Shown piece after piece: positions 1 through 8,831 of a DNA stretch of 64,000 bases. The notes under the pieces were generated by a model. The model worked only from the letters and a program-made list of their open reading frames with translations. It had not been told where the DNA came from and did no database searches. The translations under genes were made by a program, and so were the position numbers. The DNA is from an uncultured delta proteobacterium (lineage in GTDB: Bacteria; Myxococcota_A; UBA9160; SZUA-336), in contig CAVPHD010000011.1 in assembly GCA_963704165.1 (NCBI GenBank), forward strand, positions 32,001-96,000, given 5' to 3'. The first letter of the stretch is position 1; the number at the start of each line of letters is the position of its first letter.

Positions 1-353
1 AGCCGCCGGCCCAGCACGTCGTGGTAGTCGTCTCCCCAGGCGTAACGCGAGACCCACGCGCGCCCGGGCTCGCGCGGCGATCGCGAGTCGGGCTCGCCAT
101 TGTCGTAGGCGACGGCCGCGACGATCGCGGAGCGAGCCCCGGGAAAGACGCGCTCGAGATCCTCTCGCTCTTCGAGTCGCTCCGCGACGTAGCTCAGGTC
201 TCCGGCATATCCGCGCTCGACCCAGGCGCGAACGCGCGTGAGCTCGGGCCACGACTCGATCCGGACGACACCGATTCGGATCAGGTCGTGTCGGCGCGCA
301 GCCTGGTCGAGCCAGGCGCGCGCTTGCCGAGGCGAGTCGCCGACGGGGTGCAT
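1..353 (-). CDS. queG: epoxyqueuosine reductase QueG (5' part; runs off the window)
   Basis: Not in the ORF track. Manual minus-strand translation from ATG 353: MHPVGDSPRQ...WVERGYAGDLSYV...FPGARSAIVAAVAY...WVSRYAWGDDYHDVLGRR; the SRYAWGxDYH segment is typical of QueG. Confidence 0.88.
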   Translation of the reverse strand, partial: MHPVGDSPRQARAWLDQAARRHDLIRIGVVRIESWPELTRVRAWVERGYAGDLSYVAERLEEREDLERVFPGARSAIVAAVAYDNGEPDSRSPREPGRAWVSRYAWGDDYHDVLGRR

Positions 354-424
354 CGGCACAGGACTCTAGCCGCTCGCGCGCCGGGCGAGGGTGGGCGATC
401 GTGCCCCGCATGCCCCGCCCGCCG

Positions 425-898
425 ATGTCCAGCCGCGACGACCTGCACGTGGTGCTGGTGCATCCGGAGATCCCCTGGAACACCGGCAGCGTCGGACGCA
501 CCTGCCTCGCCGCCGGTGCCCAGCTCCACCTGGTCGAGCCCCTCGGCTTCTCGCTCTCGGAGCGCGCGGTCCGCCGCTCCGGCCTCGACTACTGGCCACG
601 CGTCGCGCCTGTGATCTGGCCGGACTGGGCGAGCTTCGAGGTCGCGCTGCCGTCGCTCGGAGAGGCGAGCTTCTTCAGCGCGGGCGCACAGCGATGCTTC
701 TGGGACGCCGACTGCGGCGAGCGCACGGTGCTGATCTTCGGCGGCGAGAGCTCCGGGTTTCCGCGGGCGATCCGAGAGCGGTATCGAGAGCGACTCGTGG
801 GCATACCGATGGCCGACCCGGCGCTCCGCTCTCTCAATCTCTCGAACACCGCGGCGATCGCCCTGTACGACGTGCTTCGCCGCCGCGCCCGGCCTTGA
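425..898 (+). CDS. trmL: tRNA (cytidine/uridine(34)-2'-O)-methyltransferase TrmL (SPOUT family)
   Basis: VVLVHPEIPWNTGSVGRTC, RRSGLDYW, FGGESSG, IPM...RSLNLSN motifs. Start uncertain (401/410/425). Confidence 0.92.
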   Translation: MSSRDDLHVVLVHPEIPWNTGSVGRTCLAAGAQLHLVEPLGFSLSERAVRRSGLDYWPRVAPVIWPDWASFEVALPSLGEASFFSAGAQRCFWDADCGERTVLIFGGESSGFPRAIRERYRERLVGIPMADPALRSLNLSNTAAIALYDVLRRRARP

Positions 899-908
899 GC
901 CGCGTGGG

Positions 909-1325
909 CTACCCGAAGACGACGACCGCTTCTCCCGGCGTCGTCTTCTTGCCCTGCCCGTCCTCGGTCCAGATCTCGACCTGCGCGAGCTTCTTTCCGC
1001 CCTCTTCCCACTTCCGCTTCACCGTACCGCGGCAGCGGATCGGTTGATCGGGCATGTCCATGCCGCGGTACTGACACGAGATCTTCTGGATCCGCCCGTT
1101 GTGGCCGAGCCAGTTCGAGACCAGCTCGCCGAGCGAGGCGTACTTGAACCGGCCGTGCACGATGATCGAGCCGATCTGTTTGGCCTGCGGGAAGTTCGGA
1201 TCGTGGTGCAGCGGATTGAAGTCACCCGAACCGGCGGCGTACTTCACCAGCTGCGTCACCCCCGGCTGCTTGTCGAGCGCGGGCAGCGACTGACCTTCCT
1301 GGATGCTCTCCCATGTGACTGCCAT
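909..1325 (-). CDS. MaoC-family (hotdog) dehydratase, catalytic subunit
   Basis: YAAGSGDFNPLHHD hydratase motif and IVHG; real start MAVTWES at 1325. Confidence 0.88.
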   Translation of the reverse strand: MAVTWESIQEGQSLPALDKQPGVTQLVKYAAGSGDFNPLHHDPNFPQAKQIGSIIVHGRFKYASLGELVSNWLGHNGRIQKISCQYRGMDMPDQPIRCRGTVKRKWEEGGKKLAQVEIWTEDGQGKKTTPGEAVVVFG

Positions 1326-1339
1326 GACTTCCCCCGCGC

Positions 1340-1834
1340 CTAGTAGAAGATCGCTTGCGCGCGCTGACGCGCGACGACCTTGCCGGTCTGTTGATTCGTA
1401 TACGTCGTCTCGCTGGTCGTGATCAGCATCTTCCCGAGGCCCTTGCTCTCGCGTACGTCGAGTCCCGCGACACGGCTCACCACGACCAAGGCGTCGCCGG
1501 CGCAGATCTGGTCGAAGTACTCGGTCTCGGTGCCGCCATCGAGCAGGCCCGGAAGTCCGTGCTTCACGGAGGGCTGCCCCTCGGTCGGTCCGCTGAACGT
1601 GTCGCTCGAGCGGCCGGGAATGAAGACCGGGGTGCCCAGGTAGGTCGGCGGCGCCGGCAGGCTGCGATAGCCGGCCTTGCGCGCGGCATCGACGTCGAAG
1701 TAGACGGGATCGGTGTAGCCGACCCCGCGCGCGAACATCCGCACGCTCGTCGTCGTCACCTCGTGGATCCAGGGCGGCGACTCCTTGCCGATCTGCGCCT
1801 TCATCTCGTCGCTGATCACGATTTCCTTCGCCAT
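1340..1834 (-). CDS. MaoC dehydratase N-terminal-type (FAS1-like) hotdog subunit
   Basis: VRMFARGVGYTDPVYFD...APPTY, LLDGGTETEY; GGAGG RBS before ATG 1834. Confidence 0.85.
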   Translation of the reverse strand: MAKEIVISDEMKAQIGKESPPWIHEVTTTSVRMFARGVGYTDPVYFDVDAARKAGYRSLPAPPTYLGTPVFIPGRSSDTFSGPTEGQPSVKHGLPGLLDGGTETEYFDQICAGDALVVVSRVAGLDVRESKGLGKMLITTSETTYTNQQTGKVVARQRAQAIFY

Positions 1835-1913
1835 TCGAAGCGCTCCTCCCGATCGGGCCGTGGCGTCCCGATCGCGGAAGTGTAAACCAAGTGCGCAAGG
1901 GAGTTCCCAGCCG

Positions 1914-2433
1914 ATGAGCCGAGCGCGCGACGCGAAGCTTCTCACTCCGAAGCAGGTGCTCGATCGGTATCACGACGGTCCGAAGAGCGGCGTCTTCACC
2001 GACGGAGCTTGCGAAGGGAATCCCGGCCCGGGCGGATGGGGCTACGTGTGGGTCGATGACGATCGAATCCTCGCCGAGAAGCACGGCAGCGACCCGGGCG
2101 ACGACCAACAACCGCATGGAGCTCACCGCACTGATCGAGGCCTACCGCGCGCTGCCCTCGGACGCGCGCACGACGGTCTTCTCGGACAGCGAGCTCTGCG
2201 TCAAGACCGTGAACGAGTGGGCCGCCGGCTGGGAGCGCCGGGGCTGGAAGCGAAAGACCGGACCGATCGCGAATCTCGAACTCGTGCGGACCCTGTACGA
2301 CCTCGCCGGAGAGCACCCGCACGTCGAGCTCCGCTGGATCCGCGCCCACGACGGTTCGCGCTGGAACGAGTACGTCGATGCGCTCGCGAACAGCTTCCTG
2401 CGCGAGCGGTCGGGGGAGATCGGCTCGGCCTAA
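1914..2433 (+). CDS. rnhA: ribonuclease HI (one apparent +1 frameshift near 2097)
   Basis: FTDGACEGNPGPGGWG in one frame joins TTNNRMELTA...SDSEL...W...GWK...WIRAH...NEYVDALA in the next, at a CCCGGGCG run. Confidence 0.9.
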
Positions 2434-2659
2434 CGCACCGCTTCCATCCGTCCCAATGACCGCGCGTCCTGACTGAGCTTTCTTCATTCGGCGAAGACTA
2501 TCCGAATGCTCTCGCGGCGTTAGGACCCGAACGCCCTGCCCGGTCCGGGTGCTGAAACCCCTTTACTCCGGCGGAGTTCTCTCCTATATCCACCTCTGAA
2601 TTCCCCCAGCACGCGTGCCCCCGACGCGTCCGATCCACACAGAGAACACAGGAGAGGCG

Positions 2660-3451
2660 ATGAGTGCTCCGGCAGAGTCGCTCCCCCGCGCCGGGTCCGC
2701 CCGCCGCGCCGGGATTCGCGAAGTCAGTCTGCCCGACGCGGCCACCCAGAACGGGAAGGAAGCCGGCTACTGCCTGGTCGAGGACGGCGGCGCGCTTCGG
2801 CAGGTTCGCCTGCGCGGCGACGCACGACTCTGGGAATGGCCGGGCGTGTACGAGCACCTGGTTCGAACGCTTCTCCGCGGAAATGCACCCGGCGCGCTCA
2901 GCCACATGCTCGATCGACAGCTGCGCTCGAGCGGCACGAATGCCGCCGACCTGCGCGTGATCGATCTGGGCGCGGGAAACGGTTGGATGGGAGAGGAGCT
3001 CGGCTCCATCGGCATCCCGCTGGTCATTGGTGTCGATTCATCGAGCGCCGCCGCCATCGCTGCGGAGCGAGATCATCCCGACGTGTACCAGAGCTACCTG
3101 ATGCTCGACATGCGCCGCCTGTCAGAAGCGCAGCGCGACGATCTGATGAACTACGACTTCAACTGCCTCGTGTGCGTCGATGCCCTCGCCGCCGACGAGC
3201 CCGCACCGAATGCGTTCGCCGAGGCATTCAACCTGCTCGCACCGGACGGCTGGGTGGCCTTTCACCTGAACGCCGAGACCGCCGAGGGCGGCCGTGATTC
3301 GCGATTCGCGCGCATCGTCCACCGCATGATCCAGAGCGGATCGATGAACGTCGCCACCCAGCAGCGCTACCGCCACCGCTTCACGACCTACGGCGCACCC
3401 CTCTTTCACGTCGGCGTCGTCGCCCGCAAGGTGAGGGACTTCGAGCCGTAG
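2660..3451 (+). CDS. class I SAM-dependent methyltransferase, substrate unknown
   Basis: VIDLGAGNG motif I, GVD motif II, LAPDGWVAF; AGGAGAG RBS before ATG 2660. Confidence 0.8.
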   Translation: MSAPAESLPRAGSARRAGIREVSLPDAATQNGKEAGYCLVEDGGALRQVRLRGDARLWEWPGVYEHLVRTLLRGNAPGALSHMLDRQLRSSGTNAADLRVIDLGAGNGWMGEELGSIGIPLVIGVDSSSAAAIAAERDHPDVYQSYLMLDMRRLSEAQRDDLMNYDFNCLVCVDALAADEPAPNAFAEAFNLLAPDGWVAFHLNAETAEGGRDSRFARIVHRMIQSGSMNVATQQRYRHRFTTYGAPLFHVGVVARKVRDFEP

Positions 3452-3479
3452 GCGGAACCCCGGCCGCGCGAAGCACGGC

Positions 3480-5114
3480 TCAGAGCGGGAGCGATTGGTA
3501 CAGGCCCGTGCGCTCGAAGCCGTGGCGCTGATAGTACGGGCGCGTGCCGACCGCGGAGATGACGGCGAGCCGCCTGAAGCCTGCGCTGCGGGCGCGCGCC
3601 GCGGCGCGCGCGATCAGCAGCCCGCCGAGACCTCTGTGCTGGGCATGACGCGGAGCGCGAGCCCCGAGCGGTGCGAGAGCGCCGTAGACGTGAAGCTCCC
3701 GAAGGAGCGCCGAATCGCGAAGCTCGTCGAGCCAGGCCGGTTCGGCGGGCAGCCAGAGACGCGCGAATCCGAGGAGCCGATCCGCTCCGCCCTCGAACTC
3801 GAGGAAGATCTCGCGACCGCGGGCAGCGGCGTATTCCGTCTCGCGCGGACGCGGCTCTCCCGCCGACTCGGCCTCGGCTCGCACCTCGCGGGCTCGGATG
3901 TCAGAGGACGACCGACCCGTCGCCCGCAGCCGCGACTCGGCGAGCTCGCGCAGGTTCGCGGTGGTGCTGCCGGCGAGGATGTCCTGCGACGAGATGTCGC
4001 GCACGATTCGCGAGAGTCGGCACCAGCGCGGAGTCTGCGCCATGCAGTCCGCGAGCAGCGACACGAGCTCCTCGTCCGAATACGGACGCCACTCGCCGGA
4101 GCGCCAGTGCGCGACCAGATCGGTGCCTTCGATCAGAAAACACGGGTAGATCTTGAGTTCGTCCGGTCGCAGCGCCGGATCGTCGAAGAGGCGCGCGAAG
4201 TCCACGCGATCGTCGACGGGCGACGAGCCGAGCAGGTTCGGCATCCAGTGCGCGTGGAGCTTGAAGCCGGCGGAGCGCAGCAGCTCCATCGCGTCGCGCG
4301 CCTCTCGCACGCCATGACCGCGGTCGTTTCGACGCAGAACCTCGTCCGAGAGGCTCTGGATTCCGAGCTGGATCTTCGTCGCCCCGAATCTGCGCAGCTC
4401 GACCACTTCGCGGCGCGAGATCTGATCGGGCCGCGTCTCGAGCGAGAGCCCGACACAGCGAAGCTCCGCGCGTTCGTTCGCGTCCTGCACGGCTTCGAGA
4501 TCGGGCCAGGTGGCACGCTCTCCGGCGTCGGGCTCGAACGGCACCTCGCCGAATCGATTCAGCGCTTCGAGGCAACGCTTCACGAACCAGATCCGGTACG
4601 GAAGCGGGTACGCCGACCAGGTGCCCCCGAGTACGATCAGCTCCACCTTGTCGACGGCGTGGCCGATCGCGCGGTAGTCGCGCAGTCGCCCGGTCGTCTG
4701 CGCGAACGGATCGAATGCGTACCGCGCGGCGCGCTGGCAGCCCGGCTCGGCGGAGAGGTAGCTCTTGGGCATGCGAACGTCGGTCGGACAGAAGATGCAG
4801 CGCCCCGGGCACGGGTGCGGCTTGGTGAAGACGGTGACCGGAGCGACACCGGAAAGCGTACGGATCCGCCGGCGTCGCAGACGCAACGCGAGCTCGGCCC
4901 CGCGATCGCCGAGCGCGAGCTGCTCCGAGAATGCCGCCAGGCCCGCGAGCAGCTGCGAGCGCGAGAACAGCCCCCGACCCGCGCGCGGATGCCGGCGCAG
5001 CAGGGCGTCGAGCTCGTGCTCGTCGCAGCTCGGTGCCTCGGCGAGCTCGCGGAGGACCGAAACGAGCGCGGCTTCATGACTGCGCGGGTCGAAGTCCGTC
5101 CGGCTCGAGTGCAC
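3480..5114 (-). CDS. elp3: Elp3 tRNA U34 carboxymethyltransferase (radical SAM + KAT/GNAT domains)
   Basis: RTLSGVAPVTVFTKPHPCPGRCIFCP...PKSY, LGGTW, ETRPD, HWMPNL, PDELKIYP, RELHVYG, QHRGLG, AVISAVGTRPYY; GTG start at 5114 with GGGAG RBS. Confidence 0.93.
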   Translation of the reverse strand: MHSSRTDFDPRSHEAALVSVLRELAEAPSCDEHELDALLRRHPRAGRGLFSRSQLLAGLAAFSEQLALGDRGAELALRLRRRRIRTLSGVAPVTVFTKPHPCPGRCIFCPTDVRMPKSYLSAEPGCQRAARYAFDPFAQTTGRLRDYRAIGHAVDKVELIVLGGTWSAYPLPYRIWFVKRCLEALNRFGEVPFEPDAGERATWPDLEAVQDANERAELRCVGLSLETRPDQISRREVVELRRFGATKIQLGIQSLSDEVLRRNDRGHGVREARDAMELLRSAGFKLHAHWMPNLLGSSPVDDRVDFARLFDDPALRPDELKIYPCFLIEGTDLVAHWRSGEWRPYSDEELVSLLADCMAQTPRWCRLSRIVRDISSQDILAGSTTANLRELAESRLRATGRSSSDIRAREVRAEAESAGEPRPRETEYAAARGREIFLEFEGGADRLLGFARLWLPAEPAWLDELRDSALLRELHVYGALAPLGARAPRHAQHRGLGGLLIARAAARARSAGFRRLAVISAVGTRPYYQRHGFERTGLYQSLPL

Positions 5115-5134
5115 CGTTTCTCCCGTGTGATCCC

Positions 5135-5867
5135 GTGAACGAACCCACCGCGCGCGCGCTGAATGCCCTGAACCAGCGCTTCTACACCGACTCCGCCGAG
5201 GCGTTCGCGGAAACGAGGCGCGCGCCATGGCCTGGCTGGCAGGAGCTTCTGCCGTTTCTCCGTCGCTTTCCCCGAGTCTCGGTCCTCGATGTCGGCTGCG
5301 GGAACGGCCGCCTCGCGAGCTATCTCCGCACCGCGCTCGGTGCTCCCTTTCTGTACTGCGGGATCGACTCCAGCGCACCCCTCCTGGCGATCGCGCGAGA
5401 CCGAGCTCGCGGGCCTTTCCGACATCCGCCTGCTCCGCGCGGATCTGGTCCTCGAGCCAGCGGACCGCGCGCTGCCGGACGAGACGTTCGCGTTCGTGGG
5501 CGTGTTCGGGCTCCTGCACCACGTTCCCGGCGAATCGCGTCGCCGCGATCTCCTGCGCGCGCTGACCCAGCGGGTTGCGCCGGGCGGGTTTCTCGCACTC
5601 GCGTTCTGGGACTTCGCACGCGAGCCACGCTTCGAGCGAAAAATCCTGGCGAGCCCTCCCGCCGAGATCCGCGACGATCTCGAGCCCGGGGACGTCCTCC
5701 TACGCTGGGGTGCCGAGGGCTCGTCCGAGCTCCGGTACTGCCACCACACCGACGAGGCCGAGGAGCTGCGCCTGCTCGCCGATCTGCCGCTGGTGTCACG
5801 GCTCGCCTTCTCGAGCGACGGAGCCCATGGTCGCTCGAACCGCTACCGGGTTCTCGAGCGGCTTTGA
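5135..5867 (+). CDS. Trm9/ALKBH8-like class I methyltransferase (one apparent +1 frameshift near 5400)
   Basis: FYTDSAEAFAETRRAPWP, VLDVGCGNGR, GIDSS; second frame LLHHVPGESRR...PGGFLALAFW and RYCHHTDEAE. Confidence 0.75.
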
Positions 5868-5892
5868 CTCGGAATCGCGGCTGACAAACAAT
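5864..5892 (+). promoter_or_regulatory. possible sigma70-type promoter for the TetR gene
   Basis: TTGACT-N17-AACAAT, 6 nt before ATG 5899. Confidence 0.35.
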
Positions 5893-5898
5893 CGCGCC

Positions 5899-6552
5899 AT
5901 GAATCCCCCGTTCTCCGCCGTGGATCTCGAGCCGCCTTCCCGGCGCGAGTTGCGCAAGGCCCGAACCCATCGCCAGCTGCTCGATGCGGCTCGCCGCCTG
6001 TTCGTGAAGCTCGGCTACGACGCCACCCGCCCCCAGGACATCGCGCGCGCGGCGGGCGTCGCGACGGGGACGTTCTACCTGCATTTCGAGGACAAGCGCG
6101 ACGCATTCCTCGCCTTCACCGACGAAGCCGCGCACGAGCTCATGGAGCGGGTGCGCGCGCGGACGTCCGCGGTGCAGAGCTTCGCGGAGCGGCTGCTGCT
6201 CTCCCTCGAGGTCATCACCGAGTACTCCGAGCGCCACCCGGGCGTGCTCGCAGCCGCCTTCGCGGAGGCGAGCGTGATCGCCGCGGGAGCTCCGGAATCG
6301 GCGAGCCTTCGCGACCGGCTCGCGCAGTCGCTCGCTCAGGCGCTCCGCGAGGGGATGTCGCGCGGGGAGCTGCGGAGCGACTACGACCCGACGCTGATCG
6401 CACACGCGATCGTCGGACTGGCTCAGCAAGGCCTTCGCTTCGGAACACAGGGACGTGTCGAGCGCCGTATGCTGCTCGAGACCCTGGTCCGCTTCTGCGC
6501 GCGCGCGCTGGTGACGGAGAACGACGTCGAACACGAGGAGGTCACGAGATGA
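5899..6552 (+). CDS. TetR/AcrR family transcriptional regulator
   Basis: LLDAARRLFVKLGYDATRPQDIARAAGVATGTFYLHFEDK helix-turn-helix. Confidence 0.93.
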   Translation: MNPPFSAVDLEPPSRRELRKARTHRQLLDAARRLFVKLGYDATRPQDIARAAGVATGTFYLHFEDKRDAFLAFTDEAAHELMERVRARTSAVQSFAERLLLSLEVITEYSERHPGVLAAAFAEASVIAAGAPESASLRDRLAQSLAQALREGMSRGELRSDYDPTLIAHAIVGLAQQGLRFGTQGRVERRMLLETLVRFCARALVTENDVEHEEVTR

Positions 6553-7574
6553 CCAGGCTTCGCTACAGCGCCGAAGAGCTGCTCCGATCCCACGACTTCG
6601 CGCGCCCGCAGATCGAGGCCGGACATCGCCTGCACGGCGGGTTCGACGCCGAGGGCCGCTACGTGCCGCCGCGGACGCTCTTCCGGGGACCCGCCCTCGA
6701 CGCCTGGACGCGGCGGCTTCGCGAGCGCGGCGGAGACCTGCTCGCGGCGGACGCGTCGCTCCTCTCCGGTGCGCGCTACCCGTCCGACGCCCAGCAGAAG
6801 CTCCTGATCCGCGAGGGTCTCGGGCAGACCTTCTGGAACTCGCTGACCATCATCGGAACGATCGAGGCGCGCGGGCGCGCGCTCGCCGACCTGCCCTTCC
6901 CCGACTTCCGCGACCTGGTGCGACAGGACGTGTCCGACCTCGCGATCGGGCACCTGAACCAGGGACTGCTGCGCGCGCACGGGCTCGACGAAGGCGGCGA
7001 GCCGGAGGCGGGCATCGGCGGCCACGACGTGATGTGGTTTGCGCTCCGCGATCTCGCGTTCGGCAAGATGGACTTCCCGATGCCGCTCGTACCCGAGAAC
7101 ATCGCGCGACCCGATTCGAACGCGGCGCTCTTTCCCGAGCTTCCGATCGAGTTCGAGCGATTCGTGCACTTCCTCGGAAATCTGCTGATGATCGAGTTCC
7201 GCGCCGAGCGCGGGTTCACCTCGACCGAGAACCTGCTTCGCGATCCAGACCTCTTCACGAGGCGGCGCGCCGAGGCCGAGCACGCCGCCGAGATCGTGAA
7301 CCGGATCCGCATCGACGAGGCCGTGCACGTGCATTCGCTGCGCCTGTATCTCGGCGAGCTGCGCACGCTCGACTTCAAGACGGTGAAGGGAGGCTCGATC
7401 CCGGGCCGCGACGTCGTGGACACGTTCTGGGAGGGGATCGTGAAGTGGGCGACGATCGAGCAACCTCCGCTCGCCGCCTCCCAGCAGAAGAAGCTGCTGC
7501 TCGAGCGGATCGCAGCCCATCCCGAAAGCGCGCGCGTCACGCGAGAGTTCCTCGCGCTCGAGGACCGCGACTGA
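6549..7574 (+). CDS. hypothetical protein, probable ferritin-like di-iron fold
   Basis: ATGA overlap with TetR; candidate ligands IEARG, LDEGGE...GH, IEFRAE, IRIDEAVH. Confidence 0.6.
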   Translation: MTRLRYSAEELLRSHDFARPQIEAGHRLHGGFDAEGRYVPPRTLFRGPALDAWTRRLRERGGDLLAADASLLSGARYPSDAQQKLLIREGLGQTFWNSLTIIGTIEARGRALADLPFPDFRDLVRQDVSDLAIGHLNQGLLRAHGLDEGGEPEAGIGGHDVMWFALRDLAFGKMDFPMPLVPENIARPDSNAALFPELPIEFERFVHFLGNLLMIEFRAERGFTSTENLLRDPDLFTRRRAEAEHAAEIVNRIRIDEAVHVHSLRLYLGELRTLDFKTVKGGSIPGRDVVDTFWEGIVKWATIEQPPLAASQQKKLLLERIAAHPESARVTREFLALEDRD

Positions 7575-7598
7575 CGGCGGAGAGCGCGACGACCTCGC

Positions 7599-8231
7599 TC
7601 ACCCCAACGGAAAGCCGAGCGCCGACTCGAGTTCGGCGAGCGCCTGTTCCGCCGAATCGACCTTGATCGTGTGCATGCCGAGCGCGCGCGCGGCTTTCAG
7701 GTTCGTGCCGATGTCGTCGAGAAACACCGACGCACCCGGCGAGACACCGAGCTCGCGGCAGACGTGCTGGTAGATGCGCGGATCGGGTTTGCGAAGCCCG
7801 ACGATCGCGGACTCGACGAAGGCGTCGAAGAGCCCGCGCAGATCCTGACCCATCCGGTTCTCGCTCGGCTCGTCGGCGACCCAGTTGTTCGTGAGCGCGC
7901 CCACCCGCAGTCCGCGCGCGCGTATCGCTCGGATCGCCGCGATCATGCGCGGCCGCGGCGCACTCGCGCCTCGGATCGCCTCCATCATCCGCGCGGCCGA
8001 GATCGTCTGCCCCGCGTCGGCGCAATCGCGCTCGAAGGCCGGGATCCACGCCTCGACGCGGAGCTCGCCGCGTTCGAGCCGCGACCACGCTCCGCCCGGA
8101 CCCGTCGACACGACGACGCGGTTCACGAATCCCGCCGGGATACCCGCCTCTCGCTCGTAGCGCGCGATCGCATGGAGCGGAGAGTCGAGCACGACGCCAC
8201 CGAGATCGAAGATCACTGCTTCGTGAGACAT
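7599..8231 (-). CDS. HAD-superfamily phosphatase (epoxide hydrolase/ACAD10 N-terminal-like)
   Basis: IFDLGGV, LTNNW, ES..GLRKPDPRIY, FLDDIGTNLKAA. Confidence 0.9.
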   Translation of the reverse strand: MSHEAVIFDLGGVVLDSPLHAIARYEREAGIPAGFVNRVVVSTGPGGAWSRLERGELRVEAWIPAFERDCADAGQTISAARMMEAIRGASAPRPRMIAAIRAIRARGLRVGALTNNWVADEPSENRMGQDLRGLFDAFVESAIVGLRKPDPRIYQHVCRELGVSPGASVFLDDIGTNLKAARALGMHTIKVDSAEQALAELESALGFPLG

Positions 8232-8296
8232 GGGCGGCGATCATAGCTCGCGACGCTGGCGGGCACGGACCGGAGCGGCTACGCATTTTCCGGGGG

Positions 8297-8815
8297 ATGA
8301 GAGTGCGAGAGCACCGGATCCGAACCTGCGCGTGCGCGCTTTCGCTGTCGGCGCTGATGCTGGCGGGAGTGGCGGCGGCGGAGGATCGTGCGAGAGAGCG
8401 TACGTTCGCCGAGCACGTCTGGACGGTGGCGGCGTATCTGCCGAACCGGCTCTTCGACCTTTGCGACATCGCGCGGATCCACGTTCGCGTCGGCGACGGC
8501 TTCGCCGCCGGCGCACGGGTCACCCGCTACCTGCCGGTCTTCGTGGGCGACTACCAGGCGATCTGGTTCGGCCTGCCGGGACCGCGTGGCCGCGCACGCC
8601 TGCCGATTCCCGCGGGCGCCGAGGGCCAGAAGGGTCTCGAAGCCGGCACGGTGAGTCTCGGCAGCACCTCGAAGGCGCCGGCGTACGGCGTCGGTGAGAT
8701 CGGCGCGGGCGCGATGATCTATCTCATCGGATTCGAGGTCGGCGTCGATCCGTACGAGCTCGTCGATTTCCTCGCCGGCTTCGCGACGGTGGACATCGCG
8801 AGCGACGACTTCTGA
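8297..8815 (+). CDS. hypothetical exported protein
   Basis: Signal-peptide-like N-terminus (ALSLSALMLAGVAAA-E); host-like codon usage. Confidence 0.6.
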   Translation: MRVREHRIRTCACALSLSALMLAGVAAAEDRARERTFAEHVWTVAAYLPNRLFDLCDIARIHVRVGDGFAAGARVTRYLPVFVGDYQAIWFGLPGPRGRARLPIPAGAEGQKGLEAGTVSLGSTSKAPAYGVGEIGAGAMIYLIGFEVGVDPYELVDFLAGFATVDIASDDF

Positions 8816-8831
8816 TGTCCGGCGGTCGGCC

